Origin: Sphingomonadaceae bacterium
GTDB taxonomy: Bacteria; Chloroflexota; UBA6077
Direction of reading: 5' to 3'
NCBI GenBank assembly: GCA_050261575.1
Contig: JBLNDL010000012.1
Location: forward strand, 1 to 41,445
Length of the DNA: 41,445 bases
Under the pieces are notes generated by a model, which was not told the origin of the DNA, made no database searches, and was given only the letters and a program-made list of their open reading frames with translations. A program made the position numbers and the translations under genes. Of this stretch, positions 1 to 8,856 are shown piece by piece (the stretch's first letter is position 1; the number at the start of each line of letters is the position of its first letter).

Positions 1-132
1 CCCCGCCGGCCGCCCGCGCGCCCCCCCCCGCCCCCCCCCCCCGCAACTCCCTCTTCAACACTCACCATCGCGGTGAGCGCTGGTTTGCCCGAGATGGCCA
101 TCATCAGCCACCCCGAGCAGCCACAGTGTCGC

Positions 133-2292
133 CTAGCTCAAGGGCGCAAGGGTGAATCGCGCGTCCAGAGCTATGGCACCCTTGCCCTCGGGCATCAGAA
201 CCAGCGGGTTGATGTCCAACTCCAGGATCTCCGGGAAGTCCGTCACCAACTGAGAGACCCGCAGCAGGCACTCCTTCGCTGCCTCCAGGTCTGCCGGTGG
301 CTCGCCTCGGGCGCCGAGCAGCAACTGGTAGGAGCGGATCTCGCTCATCATGTTGCGGGCAGAGCGCTCGTTGATCGGGGCAACCCGGAAGCTGACGTCC
401 TTCAGCACCTCGACGTAGATGCCGCCGAGCCCGAACATGAGCAGCGGGCCGAACTGGGGATCTCTGTTCATCCCGATGATGACTTCTCTGCCCTTGGGGA
501 CCATCTCCGCGATGTTGACGCCCCAGATGTCGGCCTCGGGCATCCTGCTACGCACGCGGGATACCATGGTGTGGTAGGCGCGCTCGACCTCCTCGGCGCT
601 GTTGAGCCCGACCATGACGCCGCCGACGTCGGACTTGTGCAGGATGTCCGGGGAGGCGATCTTCATGACGACGGGGAAGCCGATGCTGCTGGCCAGCCGC
701 GCGGCATCGGCCGCACTCCTGGCGAGGTCGCCCTTGGGTATGCGGATGCCGTACGCCTCCAGCACGGAGCGGCCCTCCACCTCGCCCAGGGTCAGCCGAC
801 CCTCCTTCCGGAACCGGGTGAACAGGTTGGAGACGGCCACCTTGTTCACCTCGAAGGTGGGAATGGTCAGTTCCGGAGAGTCCAGCCATCGCCGGTATCG
901 GACCATGGCCGCAAGGGCCTCCATCGCCCGCTCCGGGAAGGGGTAGTTGGGGATGCTGTTGGCGGAGAGGATACCGACTCCCTCCTTGACCTCGCCCGCG
1001 CCCATGAAGGAGGTGAGAACCGGCTTGTCGTACTTGCGGACGACCTCGGCGATCGCCTTGGCGGTCTCGGTGGGGTTGGTCATCACCTGCGGGGTGAGGA
1101 GCACCAGCACGGCGTGGACGTTGGGGTCCTGAAGGACCAGCTCGGTAGCGGTGGCGTAGCGGTCGGCAAGCGCGTCGCCCAGGACGTCGACCGGGTTGTG
1201 GGCGCTGGCCTGGGGCGGCAGCGCGGCCTGCAACTTCTCCGTGGTCTCAGGGGTCAGATTGGCGATCTTCAGCCCCAGCCGCTCGGCGGCGTCGCTGGCC
1301 ATGATGCCGGGACCACCGGCGTTGGTCACCACGGCCACGCCGTTGCCCAGGGGTACCGGCTGGTTCGCGAATGCGAAGGCCAGGTCGAACAGCTCCTGCA
1401 CCGAGGTGGCTCGAATCACGCCGCACTGGGCGAAGGCCGCTTTGTAGGCGGCGTCGGAGCCTGCCAGGGTCCCGGTGTGGGACGATACGGCCTTCTGGCC
1501 GGCTGCCGTGGTTCCGGACTTGATCAGCAGGACCGGCTTCTTCTTCGTCACCTTCTTGGCGGTCTGGATGAAGCGAGGCCCGTCGCTGATGCCCTCCAGG
1601 TAGCCCAGAATCACCCTGGTGTTGTCGTCGTCGACCCAGGACTCCAGCAGGTCGATCTCGTCCACGTCGGCCTTGTTGCCCAGGCTCACCATGCTGGAGA
1701 AGCCGAAACCCTCACCCAGAGACCAATCCAGGATGGCGGACATCAGGGCGCCGGACTGGGACATGAAGGCGGTGCGACCCTTCTTGGGCATGACGGCCGC
1801 GAAGGTGGCGTTGAGGGGGGCAAAGGTGTCGACGACGCCAAGTACGTTGGGGCCGATGATCCTCATCCCGTAGCGGGCAGCCGTGTCGGTGACCTCCCGC
1901 TCCATCTTCCGGCCCTCGGGCCCGACCTCGCGGAAGCCCGCGCTGATGATGATCATCCCCCGGACGCCCTTGCGTCCGCACTCGTCGGTCACCTGCGGAA
2001 CGAAACGGGCAGGGGTCGTCACCACCGCCAGGTCCACCTCCTCCGGCACGTCCAGCACGGTGGGGTACGCCTTCAATCCGCCAATCTCGTCCGCCTTGGG
2101 GTTTATGGGGAAGATGGGGCCCGCGTATCCGGCGCTGCGGATGTTGTTCAAGACGCTTCCGCCGAGCCCCTTTGGATCGCGCGTGGCTCCGATCACCGCC
2201 ACGGACTTCGGCTTGAAAAAGACGTCCAGCACGTTATCCCTTGCTTCCTTGCTGAGTACGACGATATCCGGTCTGGAAATGGTGTCTGTCAC
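133..2292 (-). CDS. ADP-forming acetate/acyl-CoA ligase, fused CoA-binding + ligase + ATP-grasp domains
   Basis: Motifs PKSVAVIGA, GPNVLG, SQSGAL, SHTGTLAG (phospho-His), NAGGPG, HKSDVGGV and ELDINPL. Start set to GTG 2292, which follows an AGGAGG RBS. Confidence 0.9.
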   Translation of the reverse strand: MTDTISRPDIVVLSKEARDNVLDVFFKPKSVAVIGATRDPKGLGGSVLNNIRSAGYAGPIFPINPKADEIGGLKAYPTVLDVPEEVDLAVVTTPARFVPQVTDECGRKGVRGMIIISAGFREVGPEGRKMEREVTDTAARYGMRIIGPNVLGVVDTFAPLNATFAAVMPKKGRTAFMSQSGALMSAILDWSLGEGFGFSSMVSLGNKADVDEIDLLESWVDDDNTRVILGYLEGISDGPRFIQTAKKVTKKKPVLLIKSGTTAAGQKAVSSHTGTLAGSDAAYKAAFAQCGVIRATSVQELFDLAFAFANQPVPLGNGVAVVTNAGGPGIMASDAAERLGLKIANLTPETTEKLQAALPPQASAHNPVDVLGDALADRYATATELVLQDPNVHAVLVLLTPQVMTNPTETAKAIAEVVRKYDKPVLTSFMGAGEVKEGVGILSANSIPNYPFPERAMEALAAMVRYRRWLDSPELTIPTFEVNKVAVSNLFTRFRKEGRLTLGEVEGRSVLEAYGIRIPKGDLARSAADAARLASSIGFPVVMKIASPDILHKSDVGGVMVGLNSAEEVERAYHTMVSRVRSRMPEADIWGVNIAEMVPKGREVIIGMNRDPQFGPLLMFGLGGIYVEVLKDVSFRVAPINERSARNMMSEIRSYQLLLGARGEPPADLEAAKECLLRVSQLVTDFPEILELDINPLVLMPEGKGAIALDARFTLAPLS

Positions 2293-2481
2293 GCTTCTCT
2301 GCCTCCTTGCAGCCATCATCTTCGTTGGGGTGACCACCTGGCCCGCCGTGGCCCATTCATCGAGCGTCGTTGCCCGCCTTCCCTCGCCATGAAGTAGAAT
2401 GGTCCCCGGCAACTTGGTTCAGGAGCGAGCAGAATCTAGGCCATATGCCCTCCCACCACAAGAAGGATAGCACGGTCCTTC

Positions 2482-3825
2482 TTAGCTTCTCAACCGCTTC
2501 TCTGTTCCGCGCGGTCTCACTATCAACGTCAATCCCTGGGTTCCGGCAACCTCAACCAAGTCGCCTTCCGCGATGGTTCCGGACTCGCTGATGGCCCTCC
2601 AAAGCTCGCCTTCGAGGAACACCATTCCGCCGGGTTCCAGGGCAGTCGTGGCTCTGCCCACGCGCCCCACTAGCCCCTCCTGACCCGTCGTGGGCTGGCG
2701 GCGCCGCGATCGCACGACCGCACCTACCACGAAGGCGAAGAAGGCCGTCAGCCCCAGACTGACAGCCGCGATCGCCGAATAAGGGATGGCGAGGAAGGGG
2801 GCGTGCTGGGTGTTGATGAGCATCATCGATCCCAGCACGAAGGAGATCGCTCCTCCCCCGGTGAGCACCCCGTGTGTGGGGGCGAAGATCTCGGCGACGA
2901 AGAGGAGGAAGGCGAAGCCGATCAGCAACAGCCCAGCCACGTTGAGGGGGAGGGTCCCCAGGCCGAAGAGGGCAAACAGCAGACATATGCCGCCCACGAC
3001 GCCCGGCACGATGGCGCCGGGATTGGAGAGTTCGAAGATCAGCCCCATCGTGCCCAGGCTCAGCAGTATGTAGGCGATCGTGGGGTCGCTGACCGCGTGC
3101 AGCAGACCCTCGATGGGGGACATCTCGATCTTCCGAATCGGCAGCCCTCTGGTGTGTAGCGTGGTCTTGCCGCTCGAGAGCTGGACCTCTCTACCGTCGA
3201 GCTGGTCCAGCAGGGAGGTCACATCGTCCGCCATCAGGTCGATCACCTTCAAGCTGAGGGCCTCCTGGGCGGTGACGTTCACGCTCTCTCGGACGGCCTT
3301 CTCTGCCCAGTCGACGTTGCGTCCTCGGGATTGGGCGAGCGATTTGATGTAGGCAACGGCATCGTTGGTGACCTTCTCCCGCATCGTGTCCGACATCTGC
3401 TGCTCGCCGCTCTCTCCAACCGCCACGGGGTGTGCCGAGCCGATGTTGGTGTTGGGGGCCATAGCGGCTACGTGGGCGGAGTAGGTGATGTAGACACCGG
3501 CGGAACCCGCTCGGGCGCCGGGCGGTGAGACGTAGACGACGACGGGAACCCTGGAGGCGATGATGCGTTGAATGATGGCCCGCATGGAGGTGTCCAGCCC
3601 GCCTGGGGTGTCCATCTCTATCACCACCGCGGCCGCGCCCTGCAGTTCGGCATCTCCGATGGCTCGCTCGACGTAGCCGGCCATGGCGGGGTTGATGATC
3701 CCTCTCACGGGCACCACCGCTACGTGGTCGCCTTGTGCGGAAGAGGCGCCTGGGATGGCCGCGGCTGTCAACAGAAGGAAGACAGCCTGGAGGGCTACCC
3801 ATAGTCTCACTCTCGAAGGCAGCAT
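2482..3825 (-). CDS. nfeD: NfeD family membrane-bound ClpP-class protease
   Basis: Signal peptide, DTPGG, RAGSAG and TNIGSAHPV motifs, TM region and C-terminal OB fold (GELWRA). ATG at 3825. Confidence 0.9.
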   Translation of the reverse strand: MLPSRVRLWVALQAVFLLLTAAAIPGASSAQGDHVAVVPVRGIINPAMAGYVERAIGDAELQGAAAVVIEMDTPGGLDTSMRAIIQRIIASRVPVVVYVSPPGARAGSAGVYITYSAHVAAMAPNTNIGSAHPVAVGESGEQQMSDTMREKVTNDAVAYIKSLAQSRGRNVDWAEKAVRESVNVTAQEALSLKVIDLMADDVTSLLDQLDGREVQLSSGKTTLHTRGLPIRKIEMSPIEGLLHAVSDPTIAYILLSLGTMGLIFELSNPGAIVPGVVGGICLLFALFGLGTLPLNVAGLLLIGFAFLLFVAEIFAPTHGVLTGGGAISFVLGSMMLINTQHAPFLAIPYSAIAAVSLGLTAFFAFVVGAVVRSRRRQPTTGQEGLVGRVGRATTALEPGGMVFLEGELWRAISESGTIAEGDLVEVAGTQGLTLIVRPRGTEKRLRS

Positions 3826-3881
3826 CGCGCCACCCCCTTTCAGGGCCATATGATAACAAGAAAGCCATCGGCCGTCAGCGG

Positions 3882-4493
3882 TTAGCGTGCCACCAGGTAG
3901 ATAACCTCTATCGCCTCGTAGACGGCTGCTACAGCGAGAACCAGCAGGACCAGACGGTAGAGGTCCCAGGTGGCGCGCAACCCGGATCGGTAGCCGGCGC
4001 TCAGCCCGATGGAGCTGTTGCGGAGTCCCGCGAGGACGGATGCCCAGAGGATGTGGACTCCGAGCATGGCCAGGATGTAGCCCTGGCCCTCCAGCAGCAG
4101 GGTGAGGGAGTGGGGCACCATGGCGCTGGCCAACTCCGGAGTGGTGGGTGCGAGGGCCACGCCCCAAATGGCTGCCCTGTAGAGGCCGATGACGACGCCG
4201 CAGTAGGGTATAACGAGGGAAGGGAGCGTGAGCGTAGCGAAGGCGCCGAAGATGGAGTTGACGAGGAAGGTCACGAGGGCTGCCGCCGGCACGTTGCCGC
4301 TCTGGTAGGCGTCCCTGGCCACGCTCAGGGGCGGGGCGCTGAACCCCTCGAGGATGGCGCGTGTCAGCGCCGCCTGGGCCTCGGGTTCGACGAAGGCGAG
4401 GAGGGTGCCCGGCAGCACGAGGCCGTAGAACGCCCCGTTCAGTGCCACGTAGGCCCGCAGGTGGCGCCGGATCAGCATTAGAGGAGCCCGCAT
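3882..4493 (-). CDS. Integral membrane protein, SpoIIM/DUF95-like
   Basis: Several TM helices, PH...LE motif and C-terminal VAAVYEA. ATG 4493 overlaps the end of the HAD gene. Confidence 0.6.
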   Translation of the reverse strand: MRAPLMLIRRHLRAYVALNGAFYGLVLPGTLLAFVEPEAQAALTRAILEGFSAPPLSVARDAYQSGNVPAAALVTFLVNSIFGAFATLTLPSLVIPYCGVVIGLYRAAIWGVALAPTTPELASAMVPHSLTLLLEGQGYILAMLGVHILWASVLAGLRNSSIGLSAGYRSGLRATWDLYRLVLLVLAVAAVYEAIEVIYLVAR

Positions 4494-5251
4494 GTCGTCC
4501 CTCCGGGGTCGAGATGAGAGGGAAGCCCGAGGAGCGGCTCCAACTCCCGCAAGTGGCGGATCTTCAGATCGTAACTGGTGCTGCTCCCGTACTCCTTGCT
4601 CTGATGATCCTGCTCCAGCATGACGCTGTAGATCCCCAGCCGCTGGGCTGCATCCAGTTCGCCGAAGCCGCCGTCGGCCACGAACACGGTCTCCTGCGGG
4701 AGGCACGCCAGCCGCCGGCAGGCCAGAAGGTAGATGGCGGGATCCGGCTTCAGCAGCCCCACCTCGTGCGAGAGGATCAGTTCGTCGAACAATCGATCGA
4801 TGCCCAGGTGGGCAATCGGGATGGCGGCGCCGTCGGAAACGTTGCTGAGAAGCCCGAGCCGGTATCCGGCCTTCCTCAACCGCTGCAGGAAGGGCACGAC
4901 GTCGGGGTAAAGGTGAACGGACTCCCGCAATCGGTTCCGCTCGATCTCTACCAGATCGGATAGAAGCGACGGATCGGGCACGAGCCCGAGGGACGCGGTC
5001 GCCGCAGCCAGATGGTCCGCAAGGCTCCCGCCCCTGCCCAGCATCCGATCGTCGACGGATCGGCGCCAGACCGCCATGAACCGCTCCAGGGAGACTCCCA
5101 TCCGCTCGGCCATTTGCCGACGCCTCGCGTTGGACTTCTCCACGTCGAGCCAGATCAACGTGTCGTAGAGGTCGAAGAGGACGGCCCCGAATCCCCTCTT
5201 GCCGCACCCGTCGCGAGCGCTCGAGCTGTCGCTGGTGTGTATGCTGCTCAT
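4478..5251 (-). CDS. HAD-superfamily hydrolase (IA)
   Basis: FDLYDTL motif I, LLSN motif II, KPDPAIY motif III and VADG motif IV. Confidence 0.85.
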   Translation of the reverse strand: MSSIHTSDSSSARDGCGKRGFGAVLFDLYDTLIWLDVEKSNARRRQMAERMGVSLERFMAVWRRSVDDRMLGRGGSLADHLAAATASLGLVPDPSLLSDLVEIERNRLRESVHLYPDVVPFLQRLRKAGYRLGLLSNVSDGAAIPIAHLGIDRLFDELILSHEVGLLKPDPAIYLLACRRLACLPQETVFVADGGFGELDAAQRLGIYSVMLEQDHQSKEYGSSTSYDLKIRHLRELEPLLGLPSHLDPGGTTCGLL

Positions 5252-5616
5252 CCGGAGTTGGAGTCCAGGACCTTCTCCAGTGCAGCCAGGATTCGCTGCA
5301 CCTTGAAGGGTTTCACGATGTAGTCACGGGCTCCCTTCTTGATCGCCGTCATGGCGATCTGCATCTCCGCCGCCGCCGTGACCATGATCACTCGGGCCTT
5401 GGGGTCCTTCCTGCGAATAGCGACCAGGGCGTTCAATCCATCCATCCGAGGCATGGTGATGTCCATGAACACCGCATCCGGCCGCTCGTCTTCGTACTTG
5501 CTCACCCCTTCCACGCCGTCGCAGGCCTCGATGACTCGGTGGCCGGCCTGTTTGAGAAGGTTGACGACGACCGGGCGAGCGACGTCGTCGTCGTCCACGA
5601 CCAGAATCTTGGGCAT
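5248..5616 (-). CDS. Single-domain CheY-like response regulator
   Basis: KILVVDDD, MDITMPRMDG (phospho-Asp), VT and KPF. ATG 5616 follows GGAGG. Confidence 0.9.
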   Translation of the reverse strand: MPKILVVDDDDVARPVVVNLLKQAGHRVIEACDGVEGVSKYEDERPDAVFMDITMPRMDGLNALVAIRRKDPKARVIMVTAAAEMQIAMTAIKKGARDYIVKPFKVQRILAALEKVLDSNSG

Positions 5617-6124
5617 CTCTACTGCCCCTCCAAGACTAATGATTCCTCTCGTCCGGGGTTGCCTCACGCCGCCGTGAAGGTCGGGCGGGGTTTGTGCCAG
5701 CCTTGGCCGAACCAGAAGCCTCCCAGCCGGGCGCTCGGTGCGCTGTTCAGCGAGTTCGATGGCTTTGGGCGATCTGACCGCGAGGCTGTGCTCGCTCGCG
5801 TCACGAGTCTGCCGACTTCCGCATGACGTAGGGGCCGGAGGCTCTGCCTGCCCGCCCAGCGGGAGGGGATGAGCCGCTGCCCCCACTTCGGAAGCGGCGC
5901 GCTGAGCGCTGCTCGCGCAACCCTTGCTTGGTCAAGAAGCCGTCAGCCAATAGGAAGAGGAGGGGAGTCTGCCGTGAAAGGAGGCTGGCGCCCGGCCGTG
6001 TCTTTCTCGCGACACCAGTATACTAGACACGCCCGGGTTCTGTAACCGGGTACTCGATGGAAAACGCCTGCCACTATGGATAGCCCTCCTCGGTAGAGAT
6101 CCCAACGCACGTCGACTTCCCAAG

Positions 6125-6194
6125 ATAGGGCGTTTCTCCTACGATTCAATAGGGCGTTCCACCTATTCAAGCTGCCGCCCCCGCTGCCTAGACT
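6125..6194 (+). promoter_or_regulatory. Putative dsrA promoter with two tandem palindromic operator sites
   Basis: ATAGG-N8-CCTAC (6125-6142) and AATAGG-N8-CCTATT (6148-6167) are 24 bp apart. The second abuts TTCAAG(6166-6171)-N17-TAGACT(6189-6194). Confidence 0.5.
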
Positions 6195-6345
6195 CCCAGT
6201 GTCGCATCGTGCGGCAGTGGGCCGAGCTCCTGGTGGCGGCGGATCGGATTGGTGCAGCCGCGAGGGCCGGCAGAGCGTGACGTGAGCGGGCGAGTGTGGC
6301 CCCGCTGGCGATCGGCCTCTGGACAAAGAAAGGAAGCGGCTGGGA

Positions 6346-7566
6346 GTGGACAGCGGCATGGAGGAAACCCGCGGCGAACGGGAAGAGGGAACCCCGCTCT
6401 GCGACCGGCTGGTTTCGGGTCCTTACCCCAGCCACGTGCGCGAACTGAGGCAGGGCAGCTACCCCATTCGGATGCTGGAGGAGGGGCTGCGCCTCAACCG
6501 TACCCAGTGGGGGGCTGGAGGCTACGTCTCTGTCCCACCTCTGCTGTCGGGCGTATCGGTCATCGGCAGCGGCCAGCCTGGCATCGCCTCCGAGACCACC
6601 TGCCTGCGTCTGTTGGGAGTGCCTGGAGGCTACCTTTCGGCCGGGCTCATGCGTGGGCTGGCCGACCTTGCCGACCGATACGGCGACGGCCACCTCCGCT
6701 GGACGACCGCCGGCAGTATCGAGTTCGGAGTTAAGCTGGAGCGGATACTGGACGCGGTGGCCGCAGCGAACGCCCTGGGGATGGACGCGGGGTCCACCGG
6801 GGACGACCTCCGCTGCATCTCTGCCTGTCCCGGGAGCTACCGGTGCGACCTCGCGCTGGTCAACGCCCCCGACATCGCCTATGCTCTCGGGCTGGCCACC
6901 ATCGACGACCAGCAGTACCCTGGGATGCCCAACAAGGTGAAGACGGCGGTCGCGGGCTGCCCCAACGACTGCGTTCGCGCCCAGATGCAGAAGGACCACG
7001 CGTTCGTGGGGGTCTTTCGGGGGGCTCCGGTGGTAGACGCCGAGCTGATGGCCAGATGGCTCCAGGGGGAGTTCGCTCCGGACGCCGCTGCGGGAACCAC
7101 TCGCCGGGTGGACCTTAGCTACTTGATCGAAAACTGCCCCGGCTCGGCAATCGAGCGCTCCGGCGACTCCGTGGCGATCGATCCCGACTCCTGCCGCCAC
7201 TGCATGCTGTGCATCAACAAGTGCCCCGCCATCCGGCCGGGCGACGATCGGGGCGTGGCATGGGTGGCCGGGGGCAAGTACGGCCACCGGGGGGCGAACG
7301 GACCGATGGTGGGCTTCGTGCTCGCGCCATTCATTCCCGCGGTGCCTCCCGGCTTCGACGAGATCGTCGACCTGTGCAAGCGGTTCCTGGACGTGTATGC
7401 CGACTATGGACGGCGCAAGGAGCGGGTGGGCGACATGCTGGTGAGGTTGGGGCTGCGGACGGTCCTGGAGTTGATGGAGTTGGAGCCCGACCCGGCAATG
7501 CTTGAGGAGCCGACCCACAGGATGTTCGTGGTGTGGCCCGATACTGGAGGGGCGCAGGAGCTGTGA
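6346..7566 (+). CDS. dsrA: Dissimilatory-type sulfite reductase alpha subunit-like protein, highly divergent
   Basis: N-terminal TPLCDRL..GPYPSHVRE (cf. TPLLDEL..GPWPSFV), siroheme-[4Fe-4S] motif CPGSYRC...GCPNDC, PNKVK (cf. PYKFK), ferredoxin CRHCMLCINKCP and C-terminal KERVGD. Alternative start at ATG 6358. Confidence 0.8.
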   Translation: MDSGMEETRGEREEGTPLCDRLVSGPYPSHVRELRQGSYPIRMLEEGLRLNRTQWGAGGYVSVPPLLSGVSVIGSGQPGIASETTCLRLLGVPGGYLSAGLMRGLADLADRYGDGHLRWTTAGSIEFGVKLERILDAVAAANALGMDAGSTGDDLRCISACPGSYRCDLALVNAPDIAYALGLATIDDQQYPGMPNKVKTAVAGCPNDCVRAQMQKDHAFVGVFRGAPVVDAELMARWLQGEFAPDAAAGTTRRVDLSYLIENCPGSAIERSGDSVAIDPDSCRHCMLCINKCPAIRPGDDRGVAWVAGGKYGHRGANGPMVGFVLAPFIPAVPPGFDEIVDLCKRFLDVYADYGRRKERVGDMLVRLGLRTVLELMELEPDPAMLEEPTHRMFVVWPDTGGAQEL

Positions 7567-8654
7567 GTGAGAGGATTCCGGCCGGCATCATGCCGGACCC
7601 CAGAGCGCAATTGCCCGACCTGCTGCTCCGCAACGAGGCGAGGTGGGTGCGCCACGAGGGGGTAAGGCCCGGCGTGTACCGCCACGTGAGCGAGAGTGGC
7701 GAGCAGTGCGTGACGGTCCGGGCCCAGATGCCTCCCAACGGCATCCTCTCCTCCGCGAGCTACAGGCGGCTGGCCGATCTGGTCGATCGCTATGCCCAGG
7801 TGGGGCGGCGCACCAGCCGGAACGCCTTCGAGCTGGTGGGGGTGGACCCGGCACAGGTGGACGCGCTGGTGCAGGAGCTGGCGGATCTGGGCTTTCCGGT
7901 CGGTGGCAGCGGCAACGCCCTGCACCAGATCAAGTCCTGCGGCGGCTTCGTGGCCTGCCAGAACGCCGCCATCGATTCCCCCTCGCTGGCCAAGGCGCTT
8001 GGCGACCGCTTCTTCGGCGACGTGGTGACCCAGGGCTATCCTGCCTGGCTGAAGGTGTCCGTCGGCGGCTGCCCCAACCAGTGCGGGGGCGGCGTGGAGG
8101 CGGATATCGGCCTCCTGGGGGTGTTCAAGGGGCTGCCCCAGGTGGACGACGCGAAGCTGGTCGAGTCGCAGTGCGACGTTCCCCTCCTCTGCTTCTGGTG
8201 CCCCACCGCGGCCATCAAGCCGAAGCCAGTGCGGGGCGGAATGTCAGTGGAGATCAACGTGGAGCGGTGCACGCGCTGCACCTCCTGCGCCAACGTTTGC
8301 CCCGCCGGGATCCAAATGAGCGGGCAGCGCGGGGTGGCTATCGCGGTGGGCGGCGTATCCAGCAACACCGGTCGGGGGCCGAGGCTGGCCCGCCTGCTCG
8401 TGCCGTTCGTTCCACTGGAGAGCCAACTGGAGTGCGAGGCTGTGCTCGACGTAGTGGGCAGGGTGATCGATCTGTGGAGGGGTGGCGCTCGCCAGGGGGA
8501 ACGGTTGGGCGATTTCGTCGCTCGCATCGGGTGGCCGGCCTTCCTGCGGCGTGTGGGAGTGGAGTTCGACTCCCATCTGATCGACAACTTCGATCCTCTG
8601 TCGGTTCGACGCAACCTGCAGATGCGGTGGGGTTTCCAGGATGGCCGGGGCTGA
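7563..8654 (+). CDS. dsrB: Dissimilatory-type sulfite reductase beta subunit-like protein, highly divergent
   Basis: W.RHE.VRPGV..HVSESG, TSRN, GFPVGG, CGGFVAC...GCPNQC, CPT, CTRCTSCANVCP and ERLGD..RIGW..F....EFDSHLID. GTG 7563 overlaps the dsrA stop (GTGA). Confidence 0.8.
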   Translation: MSERIPAGIMPDPRAQLPDLLLRNEARWVRHEGVRPGVYRHVSESGEQCVTVRAQMPPNGILSSASYRRLADLVDRYAQVGRRTSRNAFELVGVDPAQVDALVQELADLGFPVGGSGNALHQIKSCGGFVACQNAAIDSPSLAKALGDRFFGDVVTQGYPAWLKVSVGGCPNQCGGGVEADIGLLGVFKGLPQVDDAKLVESQCDVPLLCFWCPTAAIKPKPVRGGMSVEINVERCTRCTSCANVCPAGIQMSGQRGVAIAVGGVSSNTGRGPRLARLLVPFVPLESQLECEAVLDVVGRVIDLWRGGARQGERLGDFVARIGWPAFLRRVGVEFDSHLIDNFDPLSVRRNLQMRWGFQDGRG

Positions 8655-8856
8655 TGGGGTGCGCGGCCCGACTGCGCAGACGCGTGTCCAGTGCCCGCGC
8701 TGCGGGTACGTGATGTCGATCTTCGACGAGTCCTCCCTTCGGGCGAACAAGTCGGTAAGGCGCGCCTACGAGCACGCCTTGAAGAACCCTATTCTCTGCG
8801 CGGGGTGCAGAAGCTGGATCCAGCGGCCGACGATAAGGAGCGGTGGCGCCCGATGA
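8641..8856 (+). CDS. Small zinc-ribbon-like protein (2x CxxC)
   Basis: CPRC...CAGC. Overlaps the dsrB stop and the dsrN start (ATGA). Confidence 0.6.
   Translation: MAGADGVRGPTAQTRVQCPRCGYVMSIFDESSLRANKSVRRAYEHALKNPILCAGCRSWIQRPTIRSGGAR

Noticed and set aside
1..50. C-rich low-complexity start of the window (and the G/C-rich end at ~41340-41445)
   Set aside because: Looks like low-quality contig-end sequence, with no interpretable structure.
73..2397. Long plus-strand 774-aa ORF and similar long antisense ORFs (8766-10484, 12371-13540, 30550-31935, 36987-38195)
   Set aside because: Shadow ORFs opposite well-supported genes in GC-rich DNA, with no recognisable motifs.
5940..6345. Rex operator upstream of dsrA
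   Set aside because: No TTGTGAA-N4-TTCACAA-like palindrome found by eye.
8641..8856. Calling the small ORF dsrD
   Set aside because: Only the position matches. The sequence is a CxxC zinc ribbon, not the DsrD winged helix.
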